Source: Macrostomum hystrix
Lineage: Eukaryota > Animalia > Platyhelminthes
Assembly: GCA_950097015.1 (NCBI GenBank)
Contig: CATNEN010000037.1
Location: 3,286,001-3,350,000 of the forward strand
Length of the DNA: 64,000 bases
Direction of reading: 5' to 3'
Shown here: positions 54,201 through 63,745 of the stretch, piece by piece
How positions within the stretch are numbered: position 1 is the first letter of the stretch
Layout: the number at the start of each line of letters is the position of its first letter
Notes under the pieces: generated by a model
What the model was told of the DNA's origin: nothing
The model's database searches: none
Seen by the model: the letters and a program-made list of their open reading frames with translations, nothing else
Made by a program: the position numbers and the translations under genes

Positions 54201-57200
54201 AATCTTCAATGACCAATAGAAAGCCAATCTTCAATGACCAATAGAAAGCCAATCTTCAATGACCAGTTGAAAACCAATCTTCAATGACCAATAGAAAGCC
54301 AATCTTCAATGACCAGTTGAAAACCAATCTTCAATGACCAGTTGAAAACCAATCTTCAATGACCAATAGAAAGCCAATCTTCAATGACCAATAGAAAGCC
54401 AATCTTCAATGACCAGTTGAAAACCAATCTTCAATGACCACTAGAAAGCCAATCTTCAATGACCAATAGAAAGCCAATCTTCAATGACCAGTTTGAAAAC
54501 CAATCTTCAATGACCAGTTGAAAACCAATCTTCAATGACCACTAGAAAGCCAATCTTCAATGACCAGTTGAAAACCAATCTTCAATGACCACTAGAAAGC
54601 CAATCTTCAATGACCAATAGAAAGCCAATCTTCAATGACCAATAGAAAGCCAATCTTCAATGACCAGTTGAAAACCAATCTTCAATGACCACTAGAAAGC
54701 CAATCTTCAATGACCAATAGAAAGCCAATCTTCAATGACCACTAGAAAGCCAATCTTCAATGACCACTAGAAAAACCAATCTTCAATGACCAGTTGAAAA
54801 CCAATCTTCAATGACCACTAGAAAGCCAATCTTCAATGACCAATAGAAAGCCAATCTTCAATGACCACTAGAAAGCCAATCTTCAATGACCATAGAAAGC
54901 CAATCTTCAATGACCAGTTGAAAACCAATCTTCAATGACCACTAGAAAGCCAATCTTCAATGACCAATAGAAAGCCAATCTTCAATGACCAGTTGAAAAA
55001 CAATCTTCAATGACCAGTTGAAAACCAATCTTCAATGACCACTAGAAAGCCAATCTTCAATGACCAAAAGAAAGCCAATCTTCAATGACCACTAGAAAGC
55101 CAATCTTCAATGACCACTAGAAAGCCAATCTTCAATGACCAGTTGAAAACCAATCTTCAATGACCAATAGAAAGCCAATCTTCAATGACCAATAGAAAAC
55201 CAATCTTCAATGACCAGTTGAAAACCAATCTTCAATGACCAATAGAAAGCCAATCTTCAATGACCAATAGAAAGCCAATCTTCAATGACCAGTTGAAAAC
55301 CAATCTTCAATGACCAGTTGAAAACCAATCTTCAATGACCACTAGAAAGCCAATCTTCAATGACCAAAAGAAAGCCAATCTTCAATGACCACTAGAAAGC
55401 CAATCTTCAATGACCAATAGAAAGCCAATCTTCAATGACCAATAGAAAGCCAATCTTCAATGACCAGTTGAAAACCAATCTTCAATGACCAATAGAAAGC
55501 CAATCTTCAATGACCACTAGAAAGCCAATCTTCAATGACCACTAGAAAGCCAATCTTCAATGACCAATAGAAAGCCAATCTTCAATGACCAGTTGAAAAC
55601 CAATCTTCAATGACCAATAGAAAGCCAATCTTCAATGACCACTAGAAAGCCAATCTTCAATGACCAATAGAAAGCCAATCTTCAATGACCAATAGAAAGC
55701 CAATCTTCAATGACCCAGTTGAAAACCAAATCTTCAATTGACCAATAGAAAGCCAATCTTCAATGACCAGTTGAAAACCAATCTTCAATGACCAGTTGAA
55801 AACCAATCTTCAATGACCAATAGAAAGCCAATCTTCAATGACCAATAGAAAGCCAATCTTCAATGACCAGTTGAAAAACCAATCTTCAATGACCACTAGA
55901 AAGCCAATCTTCAATGACCAATAGAAAGCCAATCTTCAATGACCAGTTGAAAACCAATCTTCAATGACCAGTTGAAAACCAATCTTCAATGACCACTAGA
56001 AAGCCAATCTTCAATGACCAGTTGAAAACCAATCTTCAATGACCACTAGAAAGCCAATCTTCAATGACCAATAGAAAAGCCAATCTTCAATGACCAATAG
56101 AAAGCCAATCTTCAATGACCAGTTGAAAACCAATCTTCAATGACCACTAGAAAGCCAATCTTCAATGACCAATAGAAAGCCAATCTTCAATGACCACTAG
56201 AAAGCCAATCTTCAATGACCACTAGAAAACCAATCTTCAATGACCAGTTGAAAACCAATCTTCAATGACCACTAGAAAGCCAATCTTCAATGACCAATAG
56301 AAAGCCAATCTTCAATGACCACTAGAAAGCCAATCTTCAATGACCAATAGAAAGCCAATTCTTCAATGACCAGTTGAAAACCAATCTTCAATGACCACTA
56401 GAAAGCCAATCTTCAATGACCAATAGAAAAGCCAATCTTCAATGACCAGTTGAAAAACAATCTTCAATGACCAGTTGAAAACCAATCTTCAATGACCACT
56501 AGAAAGCCAATCTTCAATGACCAAAAGAAAGCCAATCTTCAATGACCACTAGAAAGCCAATCTTCAATGACCACTAGAAAGCCAATCTTCAATGACCAGT
56601 TGAAAACCAATCTTCAATGACCAATAGAAAGCCAATCTTCAATGACCAATAGAAAGCCAATCTTCAATGACCAGTTGAAAACCAATCTTCAATGACCAAT
56701 AGAAAGCCAATCTTCAATGACCAATAGAAAGCCAATCTTCAATGACCAGTTGAAAACCAATCTTCAATGACCAGTTGAAAAACCAATCTTCAATGACCAC
56801 TAGAAAGCCAATCTTCAATGACCAGTTGAAAACCAATCTTCAATGACCACTAGAAAGCCAATCTTCAATGACCAATAGAAAGCCAATCTTCAATGACCAA
56901 TAGAAAGCCAATCTTCAATGACCAGTTGAAAAACCAATCTTCAATGACCACTAGAAAGCCAATCTTCAATGACCAATAGAAAGCCAATCTTCAATGACCA
57001 CTAGAAAGCCAATCTTCAATGACCACTAGAAAACCAATCTTCAATGACCAGTTGAAAACCAATCTTCAATGACCACTAGAAAGCCAATCTTCAATGACCA
57101 ATAGAAAGCCAATCTTCAATGACCACTAGAAAGCCAATCTTCAATGACCAATAGAAAGCCAATCTTCAATGACCAGTTGAAAACCAATCTTCAATGACCA

Positions 57201-60200
57201 CTAGAAAGCCAATCTTCAATGACCAATAGAAAGCCAATCTTCAATGACCAGTTGAAAACCAATCTTCAATGACCAATAGAAAGCCAATCTTCAATGACCA
57301 ATAGAAAGCCAATCTTCAATGACCAAAAGAAAGCCAATCTTCAATGACCACTAGAAAGCCAATCTTCAATGACCACTAGAAAGCCAATCTTCAATGACCA
57401 GTTGAAAAACAATCTTCAATGACCAGTTGAAAACCAATCTTCAATGACCACTAGAAAGCCAATCTTCAATGACCAAAAGAAAGCCAATCTTCAATGACCA
57501 CTAGAAAGCCAATCTTCAATGACCACTAGAAAGCCAATCTTCAATGACCAGTTGAAAACCAATCTTCAATGACCAATAGAAAGCCAATCTTCAATGACCA
57601 ATAGAAAGCCAATCTTCAATGACCAGTTGAAAACCAATCTTCAATGACCAATAGAAAGCCAATCTTCAATGACCAATAGAAAGCCAATCTTCAATGACCA
57701 GTTGAAAACCAATCTTCAATGACCAGTTGAAAAACCAATCTTCAATGACCACTAGAAAGCCAATCTTCAATGACCAGTTGAAAACCAATCTTCAATGACC
57801 ACTAGAAAGCCAATCTTCAATGACCAATAGAAAGCCAATCTTCAATGACCAATAGAAAGCCAATCTTCAATGACCAGTTGAAAACCAATCTTCAATGACC
57901 ACTAGAAAGCCAATCTTCAATGACCAATAGAAAGCCAATCTTCAATGACCACTAGAAAGCCAATCTTCAATGACCACTAGAAAACCAATCTTCAATGACC
58001 AGTTGAAACCAATCTTCAATGACCACTAGAAAGCCAATCTTCAATGACCACTAGAAAGCCAATCTTCAATGACCACTAGAAAGCCAATCTTCAATGACCA
58101 ATAGAAAGCCAATCTTCAATGACCAGTTGAAAACCAATCTTCAATGACCAGTTGAAAACCAATCTTCAATGACCACTAGAAAGCCAATCTTCAATGACCA
58201 ATAGAAAGCCAATCTTCAATGACCACTAGAAAGCCAATCTTCAATGACCAATAGAAAGCCAATCTTCAATGACCAGTTGAAAACCAATCTTCAATGACCA
58301 CTAGAAAGCCAATCTTCAATGACCAATAGAAAGCCAATCTTCAATGACCAGTTGAAAACCAATCTTCAATGACCAGTTGAAAAACCAATCTTCAATGACC
58401 ACTAGAAAGCCAATCTTCAATGACCAATAGAAAGCCAATCTTCAATGACCAATAGAAAGCCAATCTTCAATGACCAATAGAAAGCCAATCTTCAATGACC
58501 AGTTGAAAACCAATCTTCAATGACCACTAGAAAGCCAATCTTCAATGACCAATAGAAAGCCAATCTTCAATGACCAGTTCAAAGCCAATCTTCAATGACC
58601 AGTTGAAAACCAATCTTCAATGACCACTAGAAAGCCAATCTTCAATGACCAATAGAAAGCCAATCTTCAATGACCACTAGAAAGCCAATCTTCAATGACC
58701 AATAGAAAGCCAATCTTCAATGACCAGTTGAAAACCAATCTTCAATGACCAATAGAAAGCCAATCTTCAATGACCAATAGAAAGCCAATCTTCAATGACC
58801 AGTTGAAAACCAATCTTCAATGACCAATAGAAAGCCAATCTTCAATGACCAGTTGAAAACCAATCTTCAATGACCAATAGAAAGCCAATCTTCAATGACC
58901 ACTAGAAAGCCAATCTTCAATGACCACTAGAAAGCCAATCTTCAATGACCAATAGAAAGCCAATCTTCAATGACCAGTTGAAAACCAATCTTCAATGACC
59001 AATAGAAAGCCAATCTTCAATGACCACTAGAAAGCCAATCTTCAATGACCAATAGAAAGCCAATCTTCAATGACCACTAGAAAGCCAATCTTCAATGACC
59101 AATAGAAAGCCAATCTTCAATGACCAGTTGAAAACCAATCTTCAATGACCAGTTGAAAACCAATCTTCAATGACCACTAGAAAGCCAATCTTCAATGACC
59201 AATAGAAAGCCAATCTTCAATGACCACTAGAAAGCCAATCTTCAATGACCAATAGAAAGCCAATCTTCAATGACCAGTTGAAAACCAATCTTCAATGACC
59301 ACTAGAAAGCCAATCTTCAATGACCAATAGAAAGCCAATCTTCAATGACCAGTTGAAAACCAATCTTCAATGACCAGTTGAAAACCAATCTTCAATGACC
59401 ACTAGAAAGCCAATCTTCAATGACCAATAGAAAGCCAATCTTCAATGACCACTAGAAAGCCAATCTTCAATGACCAATAGAAAGCCAATCTTCAATGACC
59501 AGTTGAAAACCAATCTTCAATGACCAATAGAAAGCCAATCTTCAATGACCAATAAAAAGCCAATCTTCAATGACCAGTTGAAAACCAATCTTCAATGACC
59601 AGTTGAAACCAATCTTCAATGACCAGTTGAAAACCAATCTTCAATGACCAGTTGAAAACCAATCTTCAATGACCAGTTGAAAACCAATCTTCAATGACCA
59701 CTAGAAAGCCAATCTTCAATGACCAATAGAAAGCCAATCTTCAATGACCACTAGAAAGCCAATCTTCAATGACCAATAGAAAGCCAATCTTCAATGACCA
59801 GTTGAAAACCAATCTTCAATGACCAATAGAAAAGCCAATCTTCAATGACCAATAGAAAGCCAATCTTCAATGACCAGTTGAAAACCAATCTTCAATGACC
59901 AGTTGAAACCAATCTTCAATGACCAGTTGAAAACCAATCTTCAATGACCAGTTGAAAACCAATCTTCAATGACCACTAGAAAGCCAATCTTCAATGACCA
60001 ATAGAAAGCCCAATCTTCAATGACCAATAGAAAGCCAATCTTCAATGACCAGTTGAAAACCAATCTTCAATGACCACTAGAAAGCCAATCTTCAATGACC
60101 AATAGAAAGCCAATCTTCAATGACCACTAGAAAGCCAATCTTCAATGACCACTAGAAAACCAATCTTCAATGACCAGTTGAAAACCAATCTTCAATGACC

Positions 60201-62730
60201 ACTAGAAAGCCAATCTTCAATGACCAATAGAAAGCCAATCTTCAATGACCACTAGAAAGCCAATCTTCAATGACCAATAGAAAGCCAATCTTCAATGACC
60301 AGTTGAAAACCAATCTCAATGACCAATAGAAAGCCAATCTTCAATGACCAATAGAAAGCCAATCTTCAATGACCAGTTGAAAACCAATCTTCAATGACCA
60401 ATAGAAAGCCAATCTTCAATGACCACTAGAAAGCCAATCTTCAATGACCACTAGAAAGCCAATCTTCAATGACCAATAGAAAGCCAATCTTCAATGACCA
60501 GTTGAAAACCAATCTTCAATGACCAATAGAAAGCCAATCTTCAATGACCACTAGAAAGCCAATCTTCAATGACCAATAGAAAGCCAATCTTCAATGACCA
60601 ATAGAAAGCCAATCTTCAATGACCAGTTTGAAAACCAATCTTCAATGACCAATAGAAAGCCAATCTTCAATGACCAGTTGAAAACCAATCTTCAATGACC
60701 AGTTGAAAACCAATCTTCAATGACCAATAGAAAGCCAATCTTCAATGACCAATAGAAAGCCAATCTTCAATGACCAGTTGAAAACCAATCTTCAATGACC
60801 ACTAGAAAGCCAATCTTCAATGACCAATAGAAAGCCAATCTTCAATGACCAGTTGAAAAACAATCTTCAATGACCAGTTGAAAACCAATCTTCAATGACC
60901 ACTAGAAAGTCAATCTTCAATGAGCAATAGAAAGCCAATCTTCAATGACCAATAGAAAGCCAAATCTTCAATGACCAATAGAAAGCCAATCTTCAATGAC
61001 CAATAGAAAGCCAATCTTCAATGAGCAATAGAAAGCCAATCTTCAATGACCAATAGAAAGCCAATCTTCAATGACCAGTTGAAAACCAATCTTCAATGAC
61101 CAGTTGAAAACCAATCTTCAATGACCAGTTGAAAAACCAATCTTCAATGACCAGTTGAAAACCAATCTTCAATGACCAGTTGAAAACCAATCTTCAATGA
61201 CCACTAGAAAGCCAATCTTCAATGACCAATAGAAAGCCAATCTTCAATGACCACTAGAAAGTCAATCTTCAATGACCACTAGAAAGCCAATCTTCAATGA
61301 CCAATAGAAAGCCAATCTCTCAATGACCACTAGAAAGCCAATCTTCAATGACCACTAGAAAGCCAATCTTCAATGACCAGTTGAAAACCAATCTTCAATG
61401 ACCACTAGAAAGCCAATCTTCAATGACCAATAGAAAGCCAATCTTCAATGACCACTAGAAAGCCAATCTTCAATGACCAGTAGAAAGCCAATCTTCAATG
61501 ACCAGTTTGAAAACCAATCTTCAATGACCAATAGAAAGCCAATCTTCAATGACCAATAGAAAGCCAATCTTCAATGACCAGTTGAAAACCAATCTTCAAT
61601 GACCAATAGAAAGCCAATCTTCAATGACCACTAGAAAGCCAATCTTCAATGACCACTAGAAAGCCAATCTTCAATGACCAATAGAAAGCCAATCTTCAAT
61701 GACCAGTTGAAAACCAATCTTCAATGACCAATAGAAAAGCCAATCTTCAATGACCACTAGAAAGCCAATCTTCAATGACCAATAGAAAGCCAATCTTCAA
61801 TGACCAATAGAAAGCCAATCTTCAATGACCAGTTGAAAACCAATCTTCAATGACCAATAGAAAGCCAATCTTCAATGACCAGTTGAAAACCAATCTTCAA
61901 TGACCAGTTGAAAACCAATCTTCAATGACCAATAGAAAGCCAATCTTCAATGACCAATAGAAAGCCAATCTTCAATGACCAGTTGAAAAACCAATCTTCA
62001 ATGACCACTAGAAAGCCAATCTTCAATGACCAATAGAAAGCCAATCTTCAATGACCAGTTGAAAAACAATCTTCAATGACCAGTTGAAAACCAATCTTCA
62101 ATGACCACTAGAAAGCCAATCTTCAATGAGCAATAGAAAGCCAATCTTCAATGACCAATAGAAAGCCAATCTTCAATGACCAATAGAAAGCCAATCTTCA
62201 ATGACCAATAGAAAGCCAATCTTCAATGACCAATAGAAAGCCAATCTTCAATGACCAGTTGAAAACCAATCTTCAATGACCAATAGAAAGCCAATCTTCA
62301 ATGACCAATAGAAAGCCAATCTTCAATGACCAATAGAAAGCCAATCTTCAATGACCACTAGAAAGCCAATCTTTAATGACCAATAGAAAGCCAATCTTCA
62401 ATGACCAGTTGAAAACCAATCTTCAATGACCAATAGAAAGCCAATCTTCAATGACCAGTTAAAAACCAATCTTCAATGACCAATAGAAAGCCAATCTTCA
62501 CTGACCAATAGAAAGTCAATCTTCAATGACCAGTTAAAAACCAATCTTCAATGACCAATAGAAAGCCAATCTTCAATGACCAATAGAAAGCCAATCTTCA
62601 ATGACCAGTTGAAAACCAATCTTCAATGACCACTAGAAAGCCAATCTTCAATGACCAATAGAAAGTCAATCTTCAATGACCAGAACATCATCCCATGTGT
62701 ACAGTAATCTCAATTAGATGGCACACTGAC
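3206..62730 (-). other. Giant GT-AG intron, 59,525 nt, about 99.8% satellite
   Basis: Donor GTCAGT at 62730-62725 and acceptor AG at 3207-3206 with a pyrimidine-rich tract and a CTCAC branch-point candidate. The flanking exons join in frame into a continuous plakin-like sequence. Confidence 0.85.
3264..62683. repeat. 25-bp satellite array, about 59.4 kb and about 2,375 monomers. Invariant core CCAATCTTCAATGACCA with three major variants: ATAGAAAG (A), CTAGAAAG (C), GTTGAAAA (G).
   Basis: A 25-bp period is read directly (for example caatc at 3311, 3336 and 3361). The array is uninterrupted and head-to-tail in one orientation. TGA occurs on both strands of every unit and 25 is not a multiple of 3, so no long ORF is possible. 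Confidence 0.99.
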
Positions 62731-62984
62731 CTGGCCATGGTTTCAAGGGCCTCCGTGTCGGGTCCAAGGAGCGCCAGGCAGACGGACGGCAGGTCTAATT
62801 CACCGCCGCCGCAGGTAGCAGATCGCTCCACTCGCCACACGTGCCGATCGGTCATATCAACAACCGTCAGCTCCTCGTCCATCAGGACATGACGACCCTC
62901 CGGCGAGGTGTAGCTGCACAGAGCCACAGCGCGAGGCCTTTTTAACGGGGCGTCGTCCTTTCGACCCGGAATTCGATGATGCAC
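62731..62984 (-). CDS. Plakin-family gene exon encoding the plakin SH3 domain (VHHRIPG...RAVALCSY...WRV...LPSVCLALLGPDTEALETMA)
   Basis: Acceptor tctgtacatctccgccAG|GTG (62986-62985) and donor GCCAG|GTcagt (62730). 254 nt, phase 0 in and phase 2 out, in frame with the preceding exon. Matches the plakin SH3 signature ALCDY...W(K/R)V...PSVC...P..EA. Confidence 0.9.
62766..62933 (-). other. SH3 domain of plakin type (inserted in a spectrin repeat)
   Basis: ALCSY corresponds to the ALYDY-like motif. VWRV carries the conserved Trp. LPSVCL is the plakin-specific version of the PxNYV motif. Recognised from family knowledge, not from an HMM run. Confidence 0.85.
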
Positions 62985-63012
62985 CTGGCGGAGATGTACA
63001 GAAGGTTTTACG

Positions 63013-63441
63013 GATTCCTAAAACTGTCAAATTCCTAAAACTGTCGAATTCCTAAAACTGTCGAATTCCTAAAACTGTCGAATTCCTAAAACTGTCGAAT
63101 TCCTAAAACTGTCGAATTCCTAAAACTGTCGAATTCCTAAAACTGTCGAATTCCTAAAACTGTCGAATTCCTAAAACTGTCGAATTCCTAAAACTGTCGA
63201 ATTTCTAAAACTGTCGAATTCCTAAAACTGTCGAATTCCTAAAACTGTCGAATTCCTAAAACTGTCGAATTCCTAAAACTGTCGAATTCCTAAAACTGTC
63301 GAATTCCTAAAACTGTCGAATTCCTAAAACTGTCGAATTCCTAAAACTGTCGAATTCCTAAAACTGTCGAATTCCTAAAACTGTCGAATTCCTAAAACTG
63401 TCGAATTCCTAAAGCTGTCGAATTCCTAAAACTGTCGAATT
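63013..63441. repeat. Intronic 17-bp minisatellite (GAATTCCTAAAACTGTC), about 25 copies
   Basis: 17-bp period (ctgtc at 63041 and 63058). Fills most of the 494-nt intron 62985-63478. Nearly all copies are identical. Confidence 0.97.
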
Positions 63442-63478
63442 CACAAAGTCCTGGAATCTTAGAGTTCTAGAGCTTTAC

Positions 63479-63691
63479 CGGCTGCACGCTGCCACTGCGG
63501 CCCGCCAGCTCCTGCGCCCGCTGACCCAGCAGCATCAGGCGCGACAGGTGCGACCGCATGCAGCCGGCCAGCCGGCGGCACTCGAACGGCAGGCTGCCCA
63601 GCGAGCGTCGATCGTTGGACGACAGATCGGCGAACACGCGCGCCTTCTCCTGCTCCAGATGGGCGTCGATTTCCCGGGCCTCGAAGAAGAA
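63479..63691 (-). CDS. Plakin-family gene, first exon in window: spectrin-repeat helices preceding the SH3 insertion (FFFEAREIDAHLEQEKARVF...QRAQELAGRSGSVQP)
   Basis: Acceptor tttctatttccaaAG|TTC at 63693-63692 and donor CCG|GTaaag at 63478. 213 nt = 71 stop-free codons. The translation parallels the plakin pattern FFxEAxE...L...LxxRAxxIVQLKPR of plectin/dystonin/MACF1/Shot. This frame is absent from the ORF track, which shows only wrong-frame ORFs here. The gene continues upstream beyond the window. Confidence 0.88.
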
Positions 63692-63745
63692 CTTTGGAAA
63701 TAGAAACGGATGGATAAAGCAGTAACGGACGCAAGTTTACTTGAG

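Noticed and set aside
3264-62683. CRISPR-like array (constant 17-bp core with variable intervening sequence)
   Set aside because: The variable part is only 8 nt with three recurring states rather than unique 25-45-nt spacers. There are no cas genes or leader, and the context is a spliced eukaryotic gene.
3264-62683. Recursive-splicing (ratchet) sites in the satellite
   Set aside because: Recursive sites need YAG|GT. The C variant gives TAG|TGGT, with the GT offset from the AG, so there is no zero-length exon motif.
3264-62683. Hidden protein coding, or the variant string acting as a code
   Set aside because: TGA occurs on both strands in every 25-bp unit and cycles through all frames. The A/C/G order is adequately explained by nested duplications.
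3264-62683. Heat-shock elements or a telomeric/centromeric assignment
   Set aside because: GAA and TTC are spaced 8 and 11 nt apart, not nGAAnnTTCn. There is no TTAGGG-type unit. Centromere function cannot be inferred from sequence, and the array is intronic.
62688-62730. ORF-track extension SVCHLIEITVHMG after the SH3 exon, and its GTG start
   Set aside because: The extension is read-through past the GTCAGT donor. The GTG is simply the first exon codon after the acceptor.
26-63691. Assigning a gene symbol (DST, MACF1, PLEC, DSP, shot, vab-10)
   Set aside because: Only the family-level spectrin-repeat/SH3 signature is recognisable, and the C-terminal architecture matches none of these genes.
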